Source: an uncultured Fibrobacteria bacterium
GTDB lineage: Bacteria > Fibrobacterota > Fibrobacteria > UBA11236
Reading direction: 5' to 3'
Assembly (NCBI GenBank): GCA_963716395.1
Contig: OY970309.1
Coordinates: 3,072,001 to 3,136,000, forward strand
Length of the DNA: 64,000 nucleotides
Made by a program: the position numbers and the translations under genes. Positions 50,056 through 58,731 of the stretch are shown here, piece by piece (the stretch's first letter is position 1; the number at the start of each line of letters is the position of its first letter). The notes beneath the pieces were generated by a model. The model was given only the letters and a program-made list of their open reading frames with translations. It did not search any database and had not been told where the DNA came from.

Positions 50056-50358
50056 ATGAAAATAGCTTCTATATCCCAAACCAAAAACCAATTGAGTCAT
50101 TATCTCGAATTGGTCCGCCACGGCGAAATCGTGATTATCCAGGATCGGGGAAAACCCGTGGCGCAACTGGGCCCCATGCCCCCAAGTTCAGCATCCGCGG
50201 GGGACGACGAACGGCTTGGGCGTTTGGAACGGTTGGGCTTGATGACCCGTCCGCAACGCAAGCTTCCGGTTTCCTATTGGACGTCTCCGCTTCCCATGCC
50301 AAAAAAGGGGGGGGAACTGTTGCGCGTCGTGCTGGAAGAACGCAGCGAAGGAAGATGA
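50056..50358 (+). CDS. Phd/YefM-family antitoxin
   Basis: ASISQTKNQLSHYLELVRHGEIVIIQDRGKPVAQL. Confidence 0.92.
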   Translation: MKIASISQTKNQLSHYLELVRHGEIVIIQDRGKPVAQLGPMPPSSASAGDDERLGRLERLGLMTRPQRKLPVSYWTSPLPMPKKGGELLRVVLEERSEGR

Positions 50359-50783
50359 AGTTCTGGGACAGTTCGGCCTTGGTCTGTCTGTTGGTGGAGC
50401 AATCCGGTTCGGCTGCGGCCAAAACCCTGATCCGCCGCGACCCGAAAATCTGCGTATGGTGGAACACCAAAATTGAAATCGCTTCCGCTTTGGCGCGCTT
50501 GGAGCGCGAAGGGTTGGATCCCCGGATTTTTCGTCGCGCCATGGAACGCCTGGCAACCTTTGCCTCCACGTGGTTCGAAATCCTGCCCGGAGAGGCGATT
50601 CGGGACACCGCGATACGACTCCTGCGCCTTCATCCTTTGCGGGCCGCGGATGCTTTGCAATTGGCAGCGGCCATCAATGCGGCGGAACAGAAACCCGCGA
50701 ATCTAGACCTTGTTTCACTCGACGATAAGCTATCCTCCGCCGCGCTACGCGAGGGTTTTCGCGTTTTTCCGGAACCGGTTTAA
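50355..50783 (+). CDS. vapC: PIN-domain toxin
   Basis: FWDSSALV, IEIASAL, LRAADALQLAAA, VSLDDKL. ATGA overlap with the antitoxin. Confidence 0.92.
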   Translation: MKFWDSSALVCLLVEQSGSAAAKTLIRRDPKICVWWNTKIEIASALARLEREGLDPRIFRRAMERLATFASTWFEILPGEAIRDTAIRLLRLHPLRAADALQLAAAINAAEQKPANLDLVSLDDKLSSAALREGFRVFPEPV

Positions 50784-50786
50784 CCC

Positions 50787-51380
50787 TCAAACCTCCTGCA
50801 ATGCCTGCGCGATGAGCCGGCCGGCTTCGGCCTCGGGCTCCAGTTTGCGCGCGGCTTTCTGCACGGCTTCCTGGGCTTGCATTTCCTTGACGCCCAAGGC
50901 CACCAGCGCGCGCACGGCGTCGTGAAAAGATCCGGCCGGTCCGGGCGGCGACGGCGCGGCGTCCAAGGGAAATTCGATTTTGGCCAGCGAGGCGCGCAGG
51001 GAAGCGATGATGACCTCGGCGGTTTTCTTGCCCACGCCTTTGAGCGAGGTCAACCCGACCACATCGCCGTGGAGAATGGCTTCGGCCAGTTTCTGCGGCG
51101 TCATGGAAGAGAGAATGCGCAAAGCCAGCCGCGGCCCGATGCCCGACACGCCGATGAGTTTCAGGAACAAGGTTTTTTCCGCGGCTTCGTGGAACCCATA
51201 CAGGTCGAGGGCTTCTTCGCGCACATGCAGATACGTGAGTAACTCGGCGGTGTCTCCCACGGCGCCCAGACGTTCCGCCGTGCGCAGCGAAACCTCAACG
51301 CCGAAGCCGACCCCGCCCACATCGATCACGGCGCGATCCGGCGACTTGGCCGCCAAGCGTCCCCGCAGAAATTCGATCAT
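50787..51380 (-). CDS. ruvA: Holliday junction branch migration protein RuvA
   Basis: MIEFLRG, IDVGGVGF, LYGF, LIGVSGIGPRLAL, GVGKKTAE, ALVALG. Confidence 0.96.
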   Translation of the reverse strand: MIEFLRGRLAAKSPDRAVIDVGGVGFGVEVSLRTAERLGAVGDTAELLTYLHVREEALDLYGFHEAAEKTLFLKLIGVSGIGPRLALRILSSMTPQKLAEAILHGDVVGLTSLKGVGKKTAEVIIASLRASLAKIEFPLDAAPSPPGPAGSFHDAVRALVALGVKEMQAQEAVQKAARKLEPEAEAGRLIAQALQEV

Positions 51381-51883
51381 GTCCGCCTCCGGCGCGCCGG
51401 CGTTTCCCACGCGGCGCGCTTCCCTTGCAGCAGATGGCAAAAGGCGACGGCCAAGGCGTCGGCCGCATCGGCGGGCTTGGGAAGTTCGCGCAATTGCAAA
51501 TGGCTGCGCATGAGCGAAGCCACGCGTTCTTTGGAGGCGCCGCCTTTGCCCACGGCCGCTTGTTTGACCAGGCGCGGCGCGTACTCAATCACGGGCACGC
51601 CCAGGGTTTGCGCCGCCACCATGATGGCGCCGCGGGCATGGCCCAGCACCATGGCGGCGCGTGCGAACTTGGCGTAAAAAATCGATTCCAAGGCCAGGGC
51701 GTCGGGGTGATACGACTCCATGAGCTGCCGCAATTCGCGGTAGATTTTTTCCAGCCGACGCGGCAGGGGAGACGAAGCCGTGCTGCGGATCACGCCGTAT
51801 TCCAGAACCCGGATGCGGCCGCTCTCTTCCAGAAACGCGTAGCCGGTCAACGCCGTGCCCGGGTCGACGCCCACTACGATCAC
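51377..51883 (-). CDS. ruvC: Crossover junction endodeoxyribonuclease RuvC
   Basis: GVDPG, LGHARG, VGKGGASKE, DAADALAVA. Confidence 0.96.
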   Translation of the reverse strand: MIVVGVDPGTALTGYAFLEESGRIRVLEYGVIRSTASSPLPRRLEKIYRELRQLMESYHPDALALESIFYAKFARAAMVLGHARGAIMVAAQTLGVPVIEYAPRLVKQAAVGKGGASKERVASLMRSHLQLRELPKPADAADALAVAFCHLLQGKRAAWETPARRRRT

Positions 51884-51908
51884 CGGAAATCCCCGCGACC
51901 CGGGCGGG

Positions 51909-52652
51909 TCACAGGTTCTCCAATTCCTGTTGATCGAATTCGGCGTTGGTATGCACGTTCTGCACGTCGTCGTGATCGTCGAGGGCCTCGAGCAATTCCA
52001 CCGCCGCCTGCGCGGCTTCGCCCGTCACCTTGATGGGGTTGTCGGCTACTTTGACCAAATCGGCGCTGGCGGGCTGCACGCCTTGCTTTTGCAGGGCTTC
52101 GAGCAAGGCGTGGTAGTGTTCCGGATCGACCCGGATCTCATAGTCTTCTCCCGCGGCGTCGAAATCTTCGGCGCCGTGGTCGGTGGCCAGTTCGAACAAA
52201 GCGTCTTCGGCCATGGCCGATTTGGGCAAGGTGATCACCCCGCGGGTTTTGAACATCCAGCCCACGGAACCGGCTTCGCCGAGATTGCCGCCGTTCTTGC
52301 TGAAGAGGTTGCGGATTTCAGCCACGGTGCGCACGCGGTTATCGGTGACCGTGTCGACCAGAATGGCAGTGCCGCCCGGTCCGTACCCTTCGTAGGTGAT
52401 TTCGGCGTACTGTACGCCTTCGAGTTCGCCCGCGCCCTTGGCCACCGCGGTCTCGATGTTCTTCGCGGGCATATTGGCGGCCTTGGCCTTGAGAATGGCC
52501 GCGCGCAGACGCGGGTTGCCTTCGGCATTGGATCCGCCCGCGCGTGCCGCCACCGTCACTTCGCGGATGATGCGGTTGAAGACCTTGGCGCGTGCCTGAT
52601 CGATTTTCGCCTTCTTGCGCTTGGTGGTGGCCCATTTCGAATGCCCGGACAT
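51909..52652 (-). CDS. yebC: YebC/PmpR family protein
   Basis: MSGHSKWA, NPRLR, YEGYGPGG, TDNRVRT, LDDHDDVQNVHTN. Confidence 0.96.
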   Translation of the reverse strand: MSGHSKWATTKRKKAKIDQARAKVFNRIIREVTVAARAGGSNAEGNPRLRAAILKAKAANMPAKNIETAVAKGAGELEGVQYAEITYEGYGPGGTAILVDTVTDNRVRTVAEIRNLFSKNGGNLGEAGSVGWMFKTRGVITLPKSAMAEDALFELATDHGAEDFDAAGEDYEIRVDPEHYHALLEALQKQGVQPASADLVKVADNPIKVTGEAAQAAVELLEALDDHDDVQNVHTNAEFDQQELENL

Positions 52653-52730
52653 GCAACCTCCTGAAAGCCTTTAAAAATAGGTCTCAAAGCGCCGTCTGTC
52701 TCCGAAAGGGCCGACGAGGTTTCCCGCGCG

Positions 52731-52927
52731 CCGGGCGCGGTCGAAATCCGAATGCCGGTGCTGTATCTGCACTCCAGGCTGCCGGCGAGATTCGTTGGCT
52801 GCGCATGCCTGCTGCCGGCGGGTCAACCGCTGCGCGAATCCGTGGCGCGTTATGGGCCTTTTGTGATGAATAGCGAGGCCGAAATCCCCGCCGCCGTCTA
52901 AGACTACCGCTCCGGCCGGGTGGGAAA
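52731..52927 (+). pseudogene. Pirin C-terminal remnant
   Basis: The frame reads PGAVEIRMPVLYLHSRL...LLPAGQPLRESVARYGPFVMNSEAEIPAAV*DYRSGRVG with TAA at 52899. No N-terminal cupin is present. Confidence 0.75.
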
Positions 52928-52976
52928 AGCCTGGTTGAAACGGAACGGCGGCGCGGGGATCGATTAGTTTACCACC

Positions 52977-53861
52977 ATGGCCCATCCCATGCGGCGGCGA
53001 CCAGAAAACTGTGACGGCGACTTCTACGTTGACGACTCCTGCATCGATTGCGACGCTTGCCGTGCCCTGGCGCCCGAAATCTACGCCGCTATCGGCGGCC
53101 AAAGCGCGGTCAGGCAACAACCGCAATCGCCGCTGCAGCGGCGCGACGCATTGCTGGCGCTGGTGGCCTGTCCCACGGCTTCGATTGGGACCCGGTCGCC
53201 CGCTCCCGAAATGGGGCAGGCGCGTTCGGCCTTTCCGCTTCCGGTGGACGATTCCGGCGAAGTGCTTTACTGCGGCTATCACAGCGAGAAAAGCTTCGGG
53301 GCCGCCGCGTACTTTCTGCCGCGACCCGAAGGAAACATTCTCATCGATTGCCCGCGTCAAGCCGCGCCGCTGTTCCAGCGCCTGCAGGATTTGGGCGGCG
53401 TAACCCACATGCTGCTGACGCATGGCGATGATGTGGCCGAGCATGCGGCCTATCACGCGCGCTTCGGATGCGAACGCTGGATTCACGCTGGCGATCGCCA
53501 CGCCGCGCCCCAGGCCGAGCATGTGATGCAAGGCGTCGCGCCTGTATCCCTGGCCGCAGACCTGCTGGCCATTCCGGTACCGGGGCATACGCGCGGAAGC
53601 TGCTGCTACCTCTATCGCGGCCGGTATCTCTTTACGGGCGATCACCTGGCCTATTCGGAGCGGCGCGGACATCTCTATGCCTTCCGCGACGCCTGCTGGT
53701 ATTCCTGGAAAGAACAAACCGCGTCCATGGAAAAACTGCTCGACTATGCTTTCGAATGGGTGTTGCCCGGGCATGGCCGGCGCGGGCAGGCTCCGGCGGC
53801 GGACATGCGCCGCAGCCTGGAGCAATGCCTCGCCTGGATGAAAGCGCGTGGCCGGGACTGA
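52977..53861 (+). CDS. Ferredoxin-fused MBL-fold metallo-hydrolase
   Basis: CIDCDAC...ACPTASI Fe-S motif; LTHGDDVAEH, PGHTRGS, LFTGDHL, VLPGHG. Confidence 0.9.
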   Translation: MAHPMRRRPENCDGDFYVDDSCIDCDACRALAPEIYAAIGGQSAVRQQPQSPLQRRDALLALVACPTASIGTRSPAPEMGQARSAFPLPVDDSGEVLYCGYHSEKSFGAAAYFLPRPEGNILIDCPRQAAPLFQRLQDLGGVTHMLLTHGDDVAEHAAYHARFGCERWIHAGDRHAAPQAEHVMQGVAPVSLAADLLAIPVPGHTRGSCCYLYRGRYLFTGDHLAYSERRGHLYAFRDACWYSWKEQTASMEKLLDYAFEWVLPGHGRRGQAPAADMRRSLEQCLAWMKARGRD

Positions 53862-53891
53862 GAAACTGCGGTAATCGCGGCCGCCCCGGAT

Positions 53892-55559
53892 TCAATAACG
53901 CAGATGAATTTCGCCGAACGCCGTCGGAGAGGCTAAGGTTTCGCCACCGTAGCCATGCCAGGAATAAACCCATAATCCGCCTCCGCCGGCCTTGAGCGTG
54001 AGGTAACGGCGCCACGACCAGGTGAAAGTCGCCGTCAGTTGATTGCGGGTTTCCACGTTGTTTTCCAGGAACTGCTTGATGTCGCTGTCGGTGGCGGTAT
54101 GCACGTCGAAAATCGAACTGCCGGGTGAGCCCAAATCGCGTTGCCGCCATTGCCATTCGACCTCGCCCTGCACCTGGCCGGGCAGGGGAAAGTCCGCCGA
54201 AGAAAACAGCGCCTGTGAATTGGGGGGCAGCATGCTGCCGAGCAAAGCGCCGCCGCTTTGGAAGGCGGTATTGTGTTGATCGTGTTCGTACACCCAGGGA
54301 TCGATGTGGGCATATTCGAGATGCAATTCGGCCGGCAGGCGCAAGGGGTTCTGCCAGGAACCGCCGAGAACCCAGGCGAACTTGTTGCCCCAGAACTCCA
54401 AGGGGGGGCCGCTGAAATCGTCGATGTAGAACTCGCCGTACACACGGCCACGTCCCCACAGCCATTCGCCGTCGGTGCTCAGGGCGCTGTTATCGCGGTT
54501 GCCGCCGGCATGCTCGGCGAATTTCAGCGGTACGCCCGGCAGCAGCGCGCCCCAATCGGGGTTGCGGCCCAAGGCCAGCATTTCGGAGACGGCGAAGCGC
54601 AGACGTCGTCCCAGGCGAACTTGCAGGCGGTGGGCGATGAGATACGCGGAAGAATCGGTCCACAGGCCGGTGCGCTGCGCGATGATTTTCACGTATTCGA
54701 AGGGCCCGAAATCGATCCGCATGCGGAATTGGGGCAGGGGAGCGGCTTCGCCGGGAACGCGGTAACCGCGGCGATACCCACCCGGAAACAGCGAGTCGCT
54801 GCCCCGGAATCCGACCGAATCATTGGCTGCCAGGGAATCCGCCGCCCAGAAAAAAGGGCGGGCTCCCAGGGTCGTATGCTCCCAATGCCCCGGCCCCCAC
54901 TGGTTCCAATCCTGTCCGGCCTCGAACCGCAACTCCGGATTGCCGAAACCCAGCACAGTGCGATACCCGTCGAAGGTGCTCATAGTTTGCGGTTGGCCCA
55001 GCTTGCCCTCGCGGTTGGTGTTGTAGAACATGCCGCGCTGAGGATCGTAGTTCTCGACAAAGCGGGGCACCGCGCTGAGTTCGTTGCCCACCGTCGCTTG
55101 GGAAATGAGATAAAGATGGTTTCGGTACCGGGCTTCGACGGCCGGGGAAAAGCTGTTGAAGACATAGCTTTCGGCTTTCGGCAAGGAGTCTTGCCAGGCC
55201 GACCCGGAATAAAACTCTATGCCGCCTTGCACCAGAAAAAGCGAGTCCCGGTAATGCAGAACGGATCCGTTCCATTTGCGTGCGGGATCGAATTCGTCGA
55301 GGAATCGCTCTAGCCGCGATCGATCCCAAGCCGTCAAATCCGGCGCTTTTTCGGCTTGCAACAAAGCGTCGCAGACTTCATCTTCATCGCGGGGCAAGGT
55401 GCTGGTGAAACCGGGATCCACCACGCCCAGCTCTTCCAGCCGCCGCAGAAAACCGTACACCGGATTGCTGACGTCGACCGGCGGTGAGGCCGACAGCCGG
55501 ACGCTGAGCAACAGGCCGGGCAAAAGACCAAGCAAAAAGCCTCGCGTCCACGGTTTCAT
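53892..55559 (-). CDS. Capsule assembly Wzi-family outer-membrane protein
   Basis: Signal peptide, PVYGFLRRLEELG plug-like helices, QWGPG, AHRL, YGEFYIDD, LEYAHIDPWVY, C-terminal Tyr. Confidence 0.75.
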   Translation of the reverse strand: MKPWTRGFLLGLLPGLLLSVRLSASPPVDVSNPVYGFLRRLEELGVVDPGFTSTLPRDEDEVCDALLQAEKAPDLTAWDRSRLERFLDEFDPARKWNGSVLHYRDSLFLVQGGIEFYSGSAWQDSLPKAESYVFNSFSPAVEARYRNHLYLISQATVGNELSAVPRFVENYDPQRGMFYNTNREGKLGQPQTMSTFDGYRTVLGFGNPELRFEAGQDWNQWGPGHWEHTTLGARPFFWAADSLAANDSVGFRGSDSLFPGGYRRGYRVPGEAAPLPQFRMRIDFGPFEYVKIIAQRTGLWTDSSAYLIAHRLQVRLGRRLRFAVSEMLALGRNPDWGALLPGVPLKFAEHAGGNRDNSALSTDGEWLWGRGRVYGEFYIDDFSGPPLEFWGNKFAWVLGGSWQNPLRLPAELHLEYAHIDPWVYEHDQHNTAFQSGGALLGSMLPPNSQALFSSADFPLPGQVQGEVEWQWRQRDLGSPGSSIFDVHTATDSDIKQFLENNVETRNQLTATFTWSWRRYLTLKAGGGGLWVYSWHGYGGETLASPTAFGEIHLRY

Positions 55560-55577
55560 GCCGAACCGCCCATGTCT

Positions 55578-57122
55578 TCAGCCCACAAAAATCGCCGAGG
55601 TCAAGGCGCGCCGACCTTGCCGGGTTGCGGCTTCGGCGCGCATATAGCCCCGAGACGGAAGCGGTCCATCGTATTTTTCATCGAACTCCATCGACCCGGT
55701 CGCCAAAGTCCAGGTGCGCGCCAAGCGTTCCTCGCGGTCGCCGGATTGCCCGGAATATAAAACGACCGATTGCAAGGTACCGAAATCATCGGTGGATTTG
55801 GCTTGGATGTGCACACCGCGGTCCGTGGTCTGGATTTCCACAAAGGGCCCGTCAGTGCACAGGCAGCGGGCGCCGCCGAAGCTTTGACGCAAGGCCTCGG
55901 GTCGGTTCGACGCGCAAGGAACCACGGTGCGCACTTTGCCGAATACATGGTTGCGGCCTTGATACAACGACAGCATGGGGAATTTCACCCCTATATTTCG
56001 ATTGAAGTCGCCATGGGCGTCATTGGCGGCGATGGGGAGCAGGCGTTGGCCGGCCAACAGTCGCCGAATCCAAAACTCCTTGCCGGTGCGGTAATCCGAT
56101 CCCAGATTTCCGTTCCAGAATTGCAGGCCTTGGATCGAAGCGGCGGTACCCGAACGAAGCGGTTGGGGAGAGGCGTCTTCGTCATGCCATTGGCCGCGAC
56201 GGAAAATTTTGCGTTCGAGCCAGCCGATTTTCGCCTTGGGGTGGGCCGCGAAACAGGGCGTTCCCTGCAAGCGTTCCAATACCTCGGGCAGAGCCAGATC
56301 GGGGCGATTGTTAAACCCGCGTCTGCCGCCGTCGCCCAAACCGGGCAGAAATTCTTCATGGCCGAATACCAGCAAATGCACGTTTTCACCGCGGCTGTTG
56401 CCGCAGGAAACCTCTTCACCCGGTATCAAGATGGGAAATTCCGGATGCGCCTGATTCAGGGCCGAGGCTCGGAGGCGGTAGTCGCCGAAATTCTCCCGCG
56501 CCTCGCAGGGTTCGAGATAGCGGTCGCGACGATAGTAAAAGTCATAAGAGTGGTCGGTGCACAGCACGAAGTCGAGGCCGGCAACGTCGGCGGCCTGTTG
56601 CAGCAATTCCAGCGGCGCGCCGAACTCCACGGGATCGGAAGAATACTCGCTATGGCAATGCATTTCGCCGGCTTGCCATCCCAAAGGATAGGGAAGGGCT
56701 TCTTTCAGCCGTGCGGTCACCAGCGGCTGCGCTTCCAGGCCGGGGAAATTATGCGTGATCCAGGAGGCGGTTTTTCCGGATCGGTTTTCCACAATGAAGC
56801 GTCCGTGAATCTGCAGCCGGCCTTTTAATTCCTCGACCGGAAAATTGAAAACGCGAAATTGCAGATTGCGGTCGCAATCCCACTGCAAAGGAAATTCCCG
56901 TTCGATTTCCGCTCCACGGTCGTCCCGGATACGCAGGTGCAAAGCTTGCATTCGTACCGGATACAGGTCGGCGTCTTTCACCAGCAAAAAGACCGGTAAT
57001 TCCTTTCCGGGCAAAAGCTGATGCGGGGCGTCGAGAAAAATTTCCGGCCACCGTTTATGCAGGGGCGACCAGGGCAGGCGGAATTTGAAATGCGTTTCCG
57101 CGTAAGGGAGAAAAACCGGAAT
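55578..57122 (-). CDS. PHP-domain (CehA/McbA-like) metallohydrolase
   Basis: GEMHCHSEYS, CTDH, GEE, AAHP, ANDAHGD. The frame is open 36 codons upstream of TTG 57014 to an ATT preceded by an RBS. Confidence 0.85.
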   Translation of the reverse strand: MPVFLPYAETHFKFRLPWSPLHKRWPEIFLDAPHQLLPGKELPVFLLVKDADLYPVRMQALHLRIRDDRGAEIEREFPLQWDCDRNLQFRVFNFPVEELKGRLQIHGRFIVENRSGKTASWITHNFPGLEAQPLVTARLKEALPYPLGWQAGEMHCHSEYSSDPVEFGAPLELLQQAADVAGLDFVLCTDHSYDFYYRRDRYLEPCEARENFGDYRLRASALNQAHPEFPILIPGEEVSCGNSRGENVHLLVFGHEEFLPGLGDGGRRGFNNRPDLALPEVLERLQGTPCFAAHPKAKIGWLERKIFRRGQWHDEDASPQPLRSGTAASIQGLQFWNGNLGSDYRTGKEFWIRRLLAGQRLLPIAANDAHGDFNRNIGVKFPMLSLYQGRNHVFGKVRTVVPCASNRPEALRQSFGGARCLCTDGPFVEIQTTDRGVHIQAKSTDDFGTLQSVVLYSGQSGDREERLARTWTLATGSMEFDEKYDGPLPSRGYMRAEAATRQGRRALTSAIFVG

Positions 57123-57125
57123 GAA

Positions 57126-57338
57126 TCAACTCCCCCGGCGGTTGCCGTCGGATTCATCCTGAAAATTGCTCAGCCAACTGAATGCGCCCGGCAAGGCGCG
57201 CCGATCCGCCATGCGGCGATCGCGGAAGTCTATCATGACCTGCGCTTTGCGGCGTTCCTCTTTGCGCAAATCCCACGATCCGCCTTTGAAGTTGCGCTTG
57301 GGGAGCTTAACCGTGTTTATCACGACCTTTAATCTCAA
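57126..57338 (-). CDS. Small basic hypothetical protein with ERR/DRR repeats
   Basis: 70 aa ORF co-directional with its neighbours, stop abuts the next gene. Candidate -10 TATATT near 57400. Start uncertain. Confidence 0.5.
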   Translation of the reverse strand: MRLKVVINTVKLPKRNFKGGSWDLRKEERRKAQVMIDFRDRRMADRRALPGAFSWLSNFQDESDGNRRGS

Positions 57339-57458
57339 AAATTATCGCGAATTCGGTTTTCGCTGAAAGGCAAATCGAATTCATAAACTTTACATAATAT
57401 ACCTTATGCGACATGTGCTTATCGGCCTAAACCTTCGGTCGACTCTGAATACGGGCAG

Positions 57459-58709
57459 TTAATTCAAGGCTTCGAACTGATGCTCGATGAGCTCGGCGCG
57501 CTTGGGTCCCAAAGATTCAAAGCGCAGCACGCATTTATCGCACAAATCCAGCAGACCTTGCGCTTTTTCGGCCGTGCCCAGCGCCAATATTTTTCCCAGC
57601 GATTCGCGGTTCAACAGATCTTTGCACGAGGCTTCGAGATGAATGTTTTGGGCATGGTCCAGCCGGCTGGAAAGATCGCCCAGGGCCAGTTCCACGCGTT
57701 TGGGAAAAATGGCGGGATCGTTTTCCAGGCTTTCGAGCAGGAATCTCAGGGTGTAAATCGTGTTGAAGATGTATTGGCGCGCTTCGCGCGACGCCTTGGC
57801 TGGGAAAAAATATTCGCACAGCAAGGCGCCGTCGGGCGCTTTGACCAGGGATTTGGAGCAAAAGGTTTTGGACGGCTCCAGGACTTGCAAGCGCATACAG
57901 CGTTCCAACAAAGCGTGGATGCGGCGGGACGCCGAGGGTTTTTCTGCAGCAGTTCCCGGGGCCGCCTGAAAAAGGGCTTGGCCGGGGAGATTGGCGGCGG
58001 GAGAAACCACTGCTTTCGCGGCTGCGGTTTGCACCGGAACCGGTTCGGCCGGTGCCGGCGATGCGGGGTGGGCCGCCTCCCCCACCTCCGCCTCGTCTGT
58101 ACCGGAATCGGCGGAAAACTTTTCCAGGAATGAACTCCGGGAACCCAGCGGGCTGGCGCTCTCCCCTTCCCCGAATTCCGCGGCGATTTCATACAGCCCG
58201 TTCAGCATTTCGCGCCGGTTTTTTTCCAACTCGCCGCGCAATTGCCCTTCGATGAAGCGCAGTTCCTCTTCTTTCTTCGAGAGCTTTTCCGTGACCTTGG
58301 CCAACTCGCGCAGTTTCGCTTGCGACTCCATGAGGTTGCGTTTGACTTCGGCCAATTCCTGATTTTTCTTGCGATACTCCTCGTTCATTTTTTTTGAATC
58401 TTCGGAAAGGCCTTTTAATTTGGATTCCTTTTCCGCCGCCACTTCCAGCCTTCCCTGGTAATGGTGCAGTAGCATTTGCAAGGTGCCTTCATCTTCTTTG
58501 CCGGCCGCGAGTTGCCGCAAATCCTTCAGGGCCAGTTCGCACAACTCTTTTTCGCGGCGCATGATGTTTTCGGTGGCCGTGTACACTTCGAGCTCCTGGT
58601 TTTTCGCATAGGCCGCGGTCAGCGCATGGAACATCTTGTTCTCCTTGAGCGCGGGCGTCGGCAGAGCTTTTTCCTGGGTGATGAAGCTCCAGTCGGAATT
58701 GGTTTTCAT
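57459..58709 (-). CDS. Hypothetical coiled-coil protein
   Basis: GGAG RBS, long E/K/L heptad region, Pro/Ala linker, globular C-terminus. Confidence 0.75.
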   Translation of the reverse strand: MKTNSDWSFITQEKALPTPALKENKMFHALTAAYAKNQELEVYTATENIMRREKELCELALKDLRQLAAGKEDEGTLQMLLHHYQGRLEVAAEKESKLKGLSEDSKKMNEEYRKKNQELAEVKRNLMESQAKLRELAKVTEKLSKKEEELRFIEGQLRGELEKNRREMLNGLYEIAAEFGEGESASPLGSRSSFLEKFSADSGTDEAEVGEAAHPASPAPAEPVPVQTAAAKAVVSPAANLPGQALFQAAPGTAAEKPSASRRIHALLERCMRLQVLEPSKTFCSKSLVKAPDGALLCEYFFPAKASREARQYIFNTIYTLRFLLESLENDPAIFPKRVELALGDLSSRLDHAQNIHLEASCKDLLNRESLGKILALGTAEKAQGLLDLCDKCVLRFESLGPKRAELIEHQFEALN

Positions 58710-58731
58710 GCGCGGTCTCCGGTCACGGGTT

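Noticed and set aside
47973-50786. tRNA-Ala as the integration site for the TA cluster
   Set aside because: Core ruvB lies between them, and no duplicated tRNA 3' end or integrase was seen.
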